Positions 56,219 to 64,000 of a DNA stretch of 64,000 nt are shown here, piece by piece. The translations under genes were made by a program, and so were the position numbers. The stretch is from Verrucomicrobiota bacterium (lineage in GTDB: Bacteria; Verrucomicrobiota; Verrucomicrobiia; Limisphaerales; UBA11358), in NCBI GenBank assembly GCA_050010435.1, contig JBEKKZ010000003.1:64987-128986 (forward strand). The letters run 5' to 3'. The first letter of the stretch is position 1. Each line of letters opens with the position of its first letter. A model generated the notes under the pieces. That model did not search any database and was not told the DNA's origin. It saw only the letters and a program-made list of their open reading frames with translations.

Positions 56219-56286
56219 TTAACGCAGAGGCGCAAAGACGCAGAGAAAAAAGTTCAATCTTTGCGCCTTCGCGTTTTTGCGTTAAG
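56219..56286. repeat. inverted-repeat element with CGCAGAG/CGCAAAG arms
   Basis: TTAACGCAGAGGCGCAAAGACGCAGAG ... CTTTGCGCCTTCGCGTTTTTGCGTTAA. Related sequence at 23230..23335. Confidence 0.6.
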
Positions 56287-56476
56287 AACTCCTGTCTTGC
56301 GCGGACCAACCCCGGCGCATCAAGTTCAGCAAATGCTGCAGGGCATCGTCGTAGCTGCGTCCCTTTTGTTCAGCGAGCTGGCGGGAGCGTTTGTCCAGTT
56401 GCGCGGCCATTTCGGCGGATTTTTCGGGCGGACAGCCGAGCGTGGTCAACAGTTTTGCGAGTTCAGAAATATCCAT
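56282..56476 (-). CDS. hypothetical small protein
   Basis: 64 aa. ATG 56476 preceded by AAGGA. Helical, charged sequence. Lies 30 nt downstream of the hybrid kinase stop. Confidence 0.4.
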   Translation of the reverse strand: MDISELAKLLTTLGCPPEKSAEMAAQLDKRSRQLAEQKGRSYDDALQHLLNLMRRGWSAQDRSS

Positions 56477-56506
56477 GGTCCTTGGGCGGGCGACGTTGCC
56501 GCGCAG

Positions 56507-59500
56507 CTATGGTGCTTCGATCGCTTCGCGCACCTTTTTGGTCAAATCCAAGGGATTAAAAGGTTTTTGCAGAAAGAACGTCCCAGGTCTCGACATGGCG
56601 TCCCGGACCGCGTTGTTGTTGATGTAACCTGAAATGAAAAGAACCCGGACCGCGGGATTTACCTGCCCCAGCCATTCGGCGAGCGTTTTGCCGCTCAGTC
56701 CGGGCATGATCACGTCGGTGAGCAAAAGCTGGATTTTAGCGCCGTTCGCCTGCGCCAAAGTGAGGGCTTCATGACCATCGGCCGCTTCCAACACGGTGTA
56801 GCCTTGGGTCCGTAACACCCGAGCCATGAGTTGCCGCAGCGACGGTTCATCTTCGGCGAGCAGGATTGTTTCTGTGCCTTGCGGCAAACTAACCGGGACC
56901 TCGCGACTTGAAATGAACTCCTCCACCCCCTGAACGCGGGGCAGATAAATTTTAAACTGCGTTCCTTTGTCCACCTGGCTGTCGGAGTGAATATGACCGT
57001 TGCTTTGCTGGATGATGCCAAAACAGGTGGCCAGTCCCAAACCGGTGCCTTTGCCCTGTTCTTTGGTGGTAAAAAAAGGTTCAAAGATGTGTTGTTTGAC
57101 TTCGTCAGTCATGCCCACACCGGTGTCGCTGACACTGACCATGACATAGTCGCCGGGAGTGATGAGGTGCCGGCGCGCATAGCCTTCGTCAAGGGTCACG
57201 TTGTCCGTGCGGATGGTCAGGGTTCCGCCGTCGGGCATCGCATCGCGGGCGTTGACAACCAGGTTCAGCAACACCTGCTCGATCTGGCCGGGATCGGCTT
57301 TGATCTGGCCCAGGTCGGACGCGGTTTGTGTCACCAGTTTAATGTCCTCGCCAATCAAGCGACGCAGCATCTTGTTCAGATTGACAATCAGTTCGTTCAG
57401 GTTGATCCGGCGGGGTTCAATGACTTGCCGGCGGGCGAAAGCCAGCAGTTGACGGGTAAGGTTCGCCGCGCGCTCGGCGCTCTCCTGGATGCACTCGAGA
57501 TTGGAACGCAAAGGGGCGTTGGATGACAATTGCGCGAGCGCCAGATCCGTGTGGCCGCAAATGACCGCGAGGATGTTGTTGAAGTCATGGGCTACGCCGC
57601 CGGCCAGCCGACCGATGCTGTCAATCTTCTGCGTCTGGCGGTATTGAACTTCCAGTTCCAGTTCATGAGAGATGTCACGCTTGATGGCAATGTAGTTCGT
57701 AACGGCGCCTTTCTCGTCGCGAACGGGAGCAATGACAGCGTCTTCAGTGAAAAGCGTGCCATCCTTCTTTTTGTTGATGAAACGCCCGCGCCACACCTCG
57801 CCGGCGCTGATTTTGGCCCACAGTTGCCGATAAAAGGCGCTGTCTTGTCTGTTGCTCTTGAGCAGCCGCGGGTTTTGGCCGATGACTTCGGCCCGGCTGT
57901 AACCAGTGACCCGTTCAAAGACCGGATTGACGTAAAGAATGCGCCCCTTGGTGTCGGTGATGACGACGCTTTCCGGGGTTTGCTCAATGGCGGTCATCAG
58001 GCGGTTGAGCTCGGCTTCCGCCTGCTTGCGCGTGTCCTCATTGCCGATGGCGGAGGCGATAATTCCGAGGATTCGACGGTCATCGTCGGTGGGCCGGTAA
58101 TCCGTGCCATAAACCACGCAGAGCGACCCTACGGCCTTGCCTTCGCATTTGACCGCACACCCCATGTAGGTTTGCAGGCCATGCGCCCGCACATTGGGAT
58201 CGGACTTGGCGTAAGACGTCCGGGGCAGATTGGTAATGACCACCGCGTCCTCCCGGTTGTTGCGTATGACATCATAACAAATGTGGCCAGCAGAAGCATC
58301 TTCAGACTTGAAGCCCGGCGGTGTATGCCACTGGCCTATGGAGCAGAGCAAATCGCCTTGAAGACGATTATACAGAGCGCAAGTTGCTCCGAGCAATTCG
58401 CCGCAGAGAGCGGTCAGCCGGTTGATGTTCGAGTCAAAGTTGGGGCCGAGTTCCAGGAGGCAGCGATTGATCCTCTCCAGCCGCACCTCGCCCTGGCGCA
58501 GTGCCTCCTCCGCCCTTTTGCGTTCGGTGATGTCACGCCCGATCCCCACCAGGCCGCAAATCCGTCCTTGGTTGTCCCGGAACGGCACCTTGGTCGTCAG
58601 CAACGTATACTTCCGGCCATCTGGGAAAAAGGCACTGTCTTCATGGTCGATGAGCGGCTCTCCGGCCAGGACTTTTTTCTCCTCGGCGCGGCACGCCGCA
58701 GCCATCTCGGCCGGGAAAAAATCCGCGTCGGACAGGCCGATAACCTGGGAGTAATTGTCTTTGCCAAAACTTTTCGCCAGGGTGTCGTTGGCCATCAGGA
58801 ACTTACTGTCCATGTCTTTGACGTAAAAAATTTCCGGCAAGAGATCAATTAATGTGCGGAGCAGTTGGCGTTCGTGGACAATGGTTTCCTCCGCCTGTTT
58901 GCGCTCAGTGATGTCCCGCCCAATTCCCACCAGGCCCTGAACCCGTCCCTGGCTGTCCCGGAACGGCACTTTGGTCGTCAAGAACGTGCCCTCCCGGCCA
59001 CCGGGGCTAACGCCCTGGTCTTCATGGTCAATGAGCGGCTCTCCCCCAAAGACTTTTACTTCCTCGGCGCGGAACTTGGCGGCCAACTCGGCGGGGTAAA
59101 AGTCCGCGTCTGACAGGGCAAGAATTTGGGCGGGAGTCTTTTTGCCGAAGTGTTTGGCGAGAGCTTCATTGGCGACCAGAAAACGGCTGTCCAGATCCTT
59201 GACGTAAAAAATTTCGGGCAGCAGATCAATCAGCGTGCGGAGCAGTTGGCGTTCGCGGACAATGGTTTCCTCCGCCTGTTTGCGCTCGGTGATGTCCCGT
59301 GCGACCGCCACGTGCAATTCAGAGTGACCGAACCAGAGATGTTTCGATGAAATGCTGACGGGAAAGACACTCCCATCCTTGCGGCGGTGAACGGTTTCCA
59401 AATGTTGCGCGCCGCCTTGTCTGTTTTCCTGGAATTGCTTCCATTCCGCGTCCCAACGCTCTTTCGGAAAAACAGGGTCAATGTCCCACAAATGCAGTCG

Positions 59501-60466
59501 CATCAATTCCTCGCGCGTATAACCGAGTGAACGGCACGCCTGCTCGTTGACGTACGAGAAACCCGCTTCACGGGTCATCCAGAAGATTGCGTCCGAGGCC
59601 TGATCAATGGAAAACTCAAACTTCTGGAGGTCCTGCTCCACGCGTTTGCGTTCCGTGATGTCGTTACTGATGCCGACAATGAATTTTTCACCTTTCTCGT
59701 CCGTGTACAGGGTCTTTTTCGTTATTATGGTATGAACATCTCCTCTGGCGTCGGTAATTTTTTCCTCATTGATATTCTCTTTCCCGGTGGTGAAAACCGC
59801 CTCGTCTTTCAACCAAAACACATCCGCCTCGCTTTTCGGGAAAAAATCGTGATCCGATTTCCCGAGGAGTTCATCCCGGGGGTGTCCGATCAAATCGCAG
59901 TTGGCGTTGTTGAGCAACACCCAGCGGTGTTGCCGGTCCTTGACAAAGATCGGCTCGGCAAGGGAGTCGATGATTTTGTAAAGGTAGTTTCTGGATTCCG
60001 TCAGTCGTTCTTGCGCCCGCTTGCGCTCGGTGATGTCATGCGAAATGCCGAATAGCGCCTTTTTGCCGCGCCATTGGCCATGCAAGATCTCCGTCTCCAC
60101 CAGGATGCGGGTCCCGTCCCTGGCCTGCAACGGAATGGGGCAAATCATGATTTTACCGGCAATCATGCCGGCCAAAAGTTTTGCGGCCTCCTGCCGTTGT
60201 TCAGGCGGGTGGAGATCAAGAGCGGTCATCCCGGCCAGTTCTGCCGGGGCGTATCCCAACTGACTTTGCGCCGCGGGATTTGTGAAGAGGATACGCCCTT
60301 CGGGTTCAAAAACGAACACCAGATCATCCAGCGCATTGAAAAAGGTTTGCAGGCTCTCTTCGTTTTCCTGCGAGGCGGCGGGGGCGGCGGAAGATTGTGC
60401 CTCCGCACGCCGGACCGTCCTTTTTTCACGATCCGATCTTGATCGGCCAGTTTTTTTGACCTTCAT
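56507..60466 (-). CDS. multi-PAS/GAF hybrid sensor histidine kinase with C-terminal receiver domain
   Basis: Start ATG 60466 (MKVKKTGRS; longest ORF begins TTG 60496). At least 6 PAS modules each ending DITERK. GAF. HisKA (GGVAHDFNN). HATPase_c (DTGVGM, GTGLGL). REC (ILLAEDE...LLTDVIMPG). Confidence 0.9.
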   Translation of the reverse strand: MKVKKTGRSRSDREKRTVRRAEAQSSAAPAASQENEESLQTFFNALDDLVFVFEPEGRILFTNPAAQSQLGYAPAELAGMTALDLHPPEQRQEAAKLLAGMIAGKIMICPIPLQARDGTRILVETEILHGQWRGKKALFGISHDITERKRAQERLTESRNYLYKIIDSLAEPIFVKDRQHRWVLLNNANCDLIGHPRDELLGKSDHDFFPKSEADVFWLKDEAVFTTGKENINEEKITDARGDVHTIITKKTLYTDEKGEKFIVGISNDITERKRVEQDLQKFEFSIDQASDAIFWMTREAGFSYVNEQACRSLGYTREELMRLHLWDIDPVFPKERWDAEWKQFQENRQGGAQHLETVHRRKDGSVFPVSISSKHLWFGHSELHVAVARDITERKQAEETIVRERQLLRTLIDLLPEIFYVKDLDSRFLVANEALAKHFGKKTPAQILALSDADFYPAELAAKFRAEEVKVFGGEPLIDHEDQGVSPGGREGTFLTTKVPFRDSQGRVQGLVGIGRDITERKQAEETIVHERQLLRTLIDLLPEIFYVKDMDSKFLMANDTLAKSFGKDNYSQVIGLSDADFFPAEMAAACRAEEKKVLAGEPLIDHEDSAFFPDGRKYTLLTTKVPFRDNQGRICGLVGIGRDITERKRAEEALRQGEVRLERINRCLLELGPNFDSNINRLTALCGELLGATCALYNRLQGDLLCSIGQWHTPPGFKSEDASAGHICYDVIRNNREDAVVITNLPRTSYAKSDPNVRAHGLQTYMGCAVKCEGKAVGSLCVVYGTDYRPTDDDRRILGIIASAIGNEDTRKQAEAELNRLMTAIEQTPESVVITDTKGRILYVNPVFERVTGYSRAEVIGQNPRLLKSNRQDSAFYRQLWAKISAGEVWRGRFINKKKDGTLFTEDAVIAPVRDEKGAVTNYIAIKRDISHELELEVQYRQTQKIDSIGRLAGGVAHDFNNILAVICGHTDLALAQLSSNAPLRSNLECIQESAERAANLTRQLLAFARRQVIEPRRINLNELIVNLNKMLRRLIGEDIKLVTQTASDLGQIKADPGQIEQVLLNLVVNARDAMPDGGTLTIRTDNVTLDEGYARRHLITPGDYVMVSVSDTGVGMTDEVKQHIFEPFFTTKEQGKGTGLGLATCFGIIQQSNGHIHSDSQVDKGTQFKIYLPRVQGVEEFISSREVPVSLPQGTETILLAEDEPSLRQLMARVLRTQGYTVLEAADGHEALTLAQANGAKIQLLLTDVIMPGLSGKTLAEWLGQVNPAVRVLFISGYINNNAVRDAMSRPGTFFLQKPFNPLDLTKKVREAIEAP
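58532..59293. repeat. tandem 381-bp duplication (two PAS modules) inside the hybrid kinase
   Basis: ITERK-coding strings sit at 58517..58531, 58898..58912 and 59279..59293 (period exactly 381 nt). The units start with a near-identical ITERKQAEETIV(R/H)ERQLLRTLIDLLPEIFYVKD(L/M)DS. Confidence 0.85.
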
Positions 60467-60496
60467 AAGCGCCCAATATACAGTGCCTGACGCCAA

Positions 60497-60790
60497 TCAT
60501 TTTAGCAAGCAGGAGAGGCATTGTAAGCAGAAAGCCTGCCGTCCGGTGACTTGGAAGGGACGGATGCGGTTCGCGAAAAGCTGGCAGCCTTCTTTGAGGC
60601 GCGCGCCGTTGTAGGCGAGAAAGGTTTCGTCCACAAGGTCGGCCAGTTTCTCCTTGCCGGTGATGTTTTTGGGCCGAATGCGCTTGCCAGACATGAATTT
60701 GTCCCGGTGGGGCATTTCTTTTTCTTCAGCCATTCCGGCGTGTCCAAAAAGGGCTTCGCGATAATGTGAGGTCCTCTGTTGCTTGGGCAT
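60497..60790 (-). pseudogene. 5' remnant of a deoxyhypusine-synthase-like gene
   Basis: RDKFMSGKRIRPKNITGKEKLADLVDETFLAYNGARLKEGCQLFA resembles the N-terminus of bacterial DHS-family proteins (from memory). Similarity ends near 60540, and the ORF stops right at the kinase gene's upstream edge. Confidence 0.4.
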
Positions 60791-60897
60791 AATTAAAATT
60801 TTGTCCGCTCACGAATCGGGTGTTGTGCCACTTGCCAACATTTTTAAATTCAAAATTTGCCACTGCCGGGTAAAACTTTTAACCTCCACCGACTTTT

Positions 60898-62022
60898 ATG
60901 CCGCAACCAAAAATCGCAGATGCCGCCGCGCCCGCCAAACTCGGCTACTCCATGCCGGCGGAATGGGAAAGGCATGAAGCCACCTGGTTCGCCTGGCCGC
61001 ACCATGCGGCCGATTGGCCGGGTAAGATGGAGGCCGTCCGTTGGGTCTATGGTGAGATGGTGCGCAAAATTTCGCCGGGCGAAATCGTGCGGATTCTTGT
61101 CCGGCACCGGGCCGAGCAAACACTTGCCGCCAGTTGTTTAAAACGCGCGGGTTGCGATTTGAAACGGGTGGAATTTGTCGAGCATCCCACGAATCGCGGC
61201 TGGATCCGCGACAGCGGGCCGATATTCGTCAAAAGAAAACATCGAACATCCAACTCCGCTGGCGCGCGAGCAGGCATCCAACATCCAACATCCAATACCG
61301 CCATCGTCCATTTTCATTTCAACGCCTGGGCGAAACATGACGACTGGCAGAAGGACCGCAAAGTGCCGGAAATGGCGGCGGGCAGGTTGCATAAACGGCT
61401 TTTCCGCGCTGAGTTTGATGGCCGGCCGTTTGTCATCGAAGGCGGCGGCATCGAGGTCAACGGTCGCGGGACGTTGCTCACCACCGAGGAATGTTATCTG
61501 CATCCCAAAATCCAGGTTCGGAATCCCGGCATGACGCGGGCGCAATACGACGGAACGTTTGCAAAATATCTCGGCGTTACGAACGTGTTCTGGCTGCGCA
61601 AAGGCCCGGCGGGCGACGACACGCACGGACACATTGACGACATCTGCCGTTTTGTGAACCGGAAGACGCTCGTGCTCATCCGGGAAACGAACCGGAGCGA
61701 CATCAACCACCGTCCGCTCTCGGAAAATTGGGAACGCATCAAGGATTTGCGGCTGGAAGACGGCTCGAAGCCTGAAGTCGTGCCGCTGCCCATGCCGGCA
61801 TCGCTTTATTTTGACGGCCGCCGTCTGCCCGCAAGCTACGCGAATTTTTACATCAGCAATGCCTGCGTCATCGTGCCGACATTCAACGACCCAAACGACC
61901 GCGTTGCGCTCGGCGTTTTGAGTGAGTTGTTCAAAGACCGGCCGGTTGTCGGCATTCACGCAATTGATCTGGTGCTCGGCTCCGGTTCGCTGCATTGCCT
62001 GACGCAGCAGCAACCGGCGTGA
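60898..62022 (+). CDS. aguA: agmatine deiminase
   Basis: YSMPAEWERHEATWFAWPH, GGGIEVNGRGTLLTTEEC, HIDDICRF, catalytic-Cys end GSGSLHCLTQQQP. Contains an in-frame repeat. Confidence 0.9.
   Translation: MPQPKIADAAAPAKLGYSMPAEWERHEATWFAWPHHAADWPGKMEAVRWVYGEMVRKISPGEIVRILVRHRAEQTLAASCLKRAGCDLKRVEFVEHPTNRGWIRDSGPIFVKRKHRTSNSAGARAGIQHPTSNTAIVHFHFNAWAKHDDWQKDRKVPEMAAGRLHKRLFRAEFDGRPFVIEGGGIEVNGRGTLLTTEECYLHPKIQVRNPGMTRAQYDGTFAKYLGVTNVFWLRKGPAGDDTHGHIDDICRFVNRKTLVLIRETNRSDINHRPLSENWERIKDLRLEDGSKPEVVPLPMPASLYFDGRRLPASYANFYISNACVIVPTFNDPNDRVALGVLSELFKDRPVVGIHAIDLVLGSGSLHCLTQQQPA
61238..61300. repeat. CATCCAA heptamer-armed element in frame inside aguA
   Basis: aaCATCGAACATCCAACtccgctggcgcgcgagcaggCATCCAACATCCAACATCCAAtacc, translated as HRTSNSAGARAGIQHPTSNT. 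Confidence 0.75.
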
Positions 62023-62048
62023 AAAGTCGCGGAGCGACGAAAGAAAGT

Positions 62049-62200
62049 AGCCTACGGTGAAACCGTGGGTTAAACGAAAAAATGGAACAAGCCCCGGAGG
62101 GGCGGCAGAAAATCTCGCAGAAAACCTCCGGTCAATTTCTTTCGCCCCTCCGGGGCTTGATTTTATTTTGGAACGCAAACCCGCGGCTCAAGCCGTGGGT
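62049..62200. repeat. nested-palindrome MITE-like element
   Basis: [CCTACGGTGAAACCGTGGG]..[GCCCCGGAGGGGCG]..[CGCCCCTCCGGGGC]..[ACCCGCGGCTCAAGCCGTGGGT], between the convergent aguA and ileS. Same architecture as 14190..14350. Confidence 0.75.
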
Positions 62201-62237
62201 TATTATCTTGTGCTGCTCCGCAGCTTAAAAATTTTGG

Positions 62238-64000
62238 TCACACCTTGAATTGTTTCACAGCTTCGACGCAACGTCCGCAAAGTGTGGGATGCTCCGCGTG
62301 CGAGCCGACATCCGTTTCCCAATGCCAGCAGCGCTCGCATTTCTGGCCGTCGGCGCGCACCACGTCGTCGGAATCTTTGTCGCCAGTGACCTCAAATTGC
62401 GAAACATTACAAAGCTCTCTGAACGCTTCGAGGACTTCTTTACTAGCAATCCAATCTGAAAATGGTTTGCGTTGTGAAAATAAACGAACTTTTGCTTCAA
62501 GAGATTTGCCAATGACTTTCGTTTGACGCTTGGCCTCCAACCTCGGCAGCAATTCGTTCCGATATTCAAAAAGTCTTTTCCAAAGATTACGCTCCGCATT
62601 GCTCTGCGTGAACGATGTCGGTTTTAATTCAACCGCATGGACAGACGAACCTTCTTTTCCGGGCACAAACTCCCATGCTTCGTCCGCCGTGAACGCCAGG
62701 ATCGGCGCGAGCATCTGGCACAAGCCGGTGACGAGCCGGTGCAACGTGGTCTGGGTTGAACGGCGGCGATGCGAATTGGCCGGGTCGGTGTAGAGCCGGT
62801 CCTTGATGACGTCGTGGTAAATCGAAGAAAGCTCGACGGCGATGAACTGGCTGACTTTTTGATAGACGACGTGGAATTCATAGGCGTCGTAGGCTTTGAT
62901 GACTTCCTGCTCCAGTTTTGAAAATTCGCCGAGAATCCAGCGGTCAAGGCCGGTGAGTTTGTCATCCGCCACGGCTTGCTTTGCCGGATCGAAGTCGTAA
63001 AGGTTCGAGAGCTGGTAGCGCAGCGCGTTGCGGATGCCGCGGTAGGTTTCGCCGACCTTGGCGATGCGTTCCTCGCTTACAATGATGTCGTTGCGGTAAT
63101 CCTGCGACGCGACCCAAAGCCGCAGGATGTCCGCGCCATGTTTTTTCACGTAAGCCTCGGCGGTTTGCGGTTTTTCGTAAACGCCCTGGGCTTGTTTGCT
63201 CTTGGAAATCTTTTCGCGGTCGGCGTCCACCATGAACCCATGCGTGAGCACGGTCTTGAACGGTGCGGCGCCATTGCCGGCCAGCGACAGCAACAGCGAC
63301 GATTGAAACCAGCCGCGATGCTGGTCGGAGCCTTCGAGATAAACGTCGGCCTGCCAGCCATTGGTTGAGGATTGAGAGTTGAGGGTTGAGTGATTCAACT
63401 CAGGACGCCGCATCAAAACGGAACGTGACGACGAGCCCGAATCAATCCACACATCCAGCGTGTCACTGGATTTGGCGGCGGCTTCCGTGCCTTTCCAATC
63501 CTTCGGTTTCACGAGCGACCAAAGTTCAGCGGCGGATTTTTCGAACCAGACGTTGGAACCGTGTTTTTCAATCAAATCGGCGGTGTTGCAGACGATTTGG
63601 GCATCGAGGATCGGCTCGCCTTTCGCGTCGTAAAACGCCGGAATCGGCACGCCCCAGGTGCGTTGGCGCGAAATGCACCAGTCGGGACGGGTTTGCACCG
63701 CGCTTTTGATGCGGCTGACGCCCCAGTCCGGCACCCATTTGACGCGGTCAATTTCGATCAGGGCTTCCTGACGGAACGTAGCCGCGGACGTTAGTCCGCG
63801 CTGATCTTCTGCGCTGTTGGATTTGCGCCGACTGACGTCGGCGGCTACGTGATCTATTTTAATGAACCACTGGTCCATCGCCCGGAAAATGACGGGCGTT
63901 TTGCTGCGCCAACAGTGCGGGTAGCTGTGATGATAATTCTCCTGGTGCAGCAGCGCATGGCGGGCACGGAGTTCGTGTAACACAACTTCGTTCGCGTCGC
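62238..64000 (-). CDS. ileS: isoleucine--tRNA ligase (3' portion; 5' end lies beyond the window)
   Basis: HSYPHCWRSKTP, KMSKS variant EKISKSKQ, C-terminal Zn finger CERCWHW...CGRC. The frame remains open to position 64000. Two in-frame repeats. Confidence 0.95.
   Translation of the reverse strand, partial: DANEVVLHELRARHALLHQENYHHSYPHCWRSKTPVIFRAMDQWFIKIDHVAADVSRRKSNSAEDQRGLTSAATFRQEALIEIDRVKWVPDWGVSRIKSAVQTRPDWCISRQRTWGVPIPAFYDAKGEPILDAQIVCNTADLIEKHGSNVWFEKSAAELWSLVKPKDWKGTEAAAKSSDTLDVWIDSGSSSRSVLMRRPELNHSTLNSQSSTNGWQADVYLEGSDQHRGWFQSSLLLSLAGNGAAPFKTVLTHGFMVDADREKISKSKQAQGVYEKPQTAEAYVKKHGADILRLWVASQDYRNDIIVSEERIAKVGETYRGIRNALRYQLSNLYDFDPAKQAVADDKLTGLDRWILGEFSKLEQEVIKAYDAYEFHVVYQKVSQFIAVELSSIYHDVIKDRLYTDPANSHRRRSTQTTLHRLVTGLCQMLAPILAFTADEAWEFVPGKEGSSVHAVELKPTSFTQSNAERNLWKRLFEYRNELLPRLEAKRQTKVIGKSLEAKVRLFSQRKPFSDWIASKEVLEAFRELCNVSQFEVTGDKDSDDVVRADGQKCERCWHWETDVGSHAEHPTLCGRCVEAVKQFKV
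63363..63390. repeat. heptanucleotide array (GGTTGAG-type)x4 in frame inside ileS
   Basis: ggttgag gattgag agttgag ggttgag. Translated (minus strand) as STLNSQSSTN. Confidence 0.85.
63778..63848. repeat. GTAGCC...GGCTAC REPIN-like element in frame inside ileS
   Basis: GTAGCCGCGGACGTTAGTCCGCGC ... GCGCCGACTGACGTCGGCGGCTAC. Same subfamily as 42575..42645. Translated as VAADVSRRKSNSAEDQRGLTSAAT. Confidence 0.85.

Noticed and set aside
57530-58852. 440-aa + strand ORF; similar long ORFs at 55682..56632, 42735..43799, 28000..28764 and 28799..29545
   Set aside because: All are antisense to well-supported genes (hybrid kinase, NUDIX, hemE, permease, ATPase). These are high-GC shadow ORFs.

Overview
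High-GC (~60%) bacterial chromosomal segment, almost entirely housekeeping genes on both strands. Genes called: valS, a rhaB-like FGGY kinase, a lemA pair, nadC, birA, coaX, leuS, a SahR-like regulator divergent from metK-ahcY, a HisKA_3/NarL-type two-component pair, an ABC1/UbiB-family kinase, a ROK sugar kinase, an M61 peptidase, a 4-gene MacAB/Lol-like ABC efflux operon, a GAF protein, rdgB, a suhB-like IMPase, a DUF2330-like protein, an EamA transporter, a ferredoxin, an FHA protein, a hemE-hemN-hemY-hemH operon, lgt, miaA, tRNA-Arg(CCT), ruvC-ruvA, priA, a NUDIX hydrolase, a ~1320-aa multi-PAS hybrid kinase, aguA, and the 3' part of ileS (runs off the right edge). No rRNA, CRISPR array, prophage or classical IS was seen. 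The unusual layer is repeat biology. (1) priA carries, in frame, a 606-nt cassette encoding a RAYT-type HUH/Y1 transposase domain bounded by inverted-repeat hairpins. (2) The window is peppered with GTAG...CTAC double-hairpin (REPIN-like) elements, heptanucleotide-array elements and several MITE-like inverted-repeat families. About 20 copies sit inside conserved genes (valS x3, leuS x4, ileS x2, priA, miaA, hemY, hemE, nadC, rdgB, suhB-like, aguA) without breaking the reading frame. Together this looks like a REP/RAYT-type system that has gone intragenic, with its nuclease hosted by the replication-restart helicase. Gene content and the repeat-encoded peptides remind me of Verrucomicrobiota (low confidence, from memory). 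All calls are by eye from the ORF track and sequence; no searches were run. Many ORF-track starts are the longest GTG/TTG-inclusive option, so I give my preferred start where it differs.
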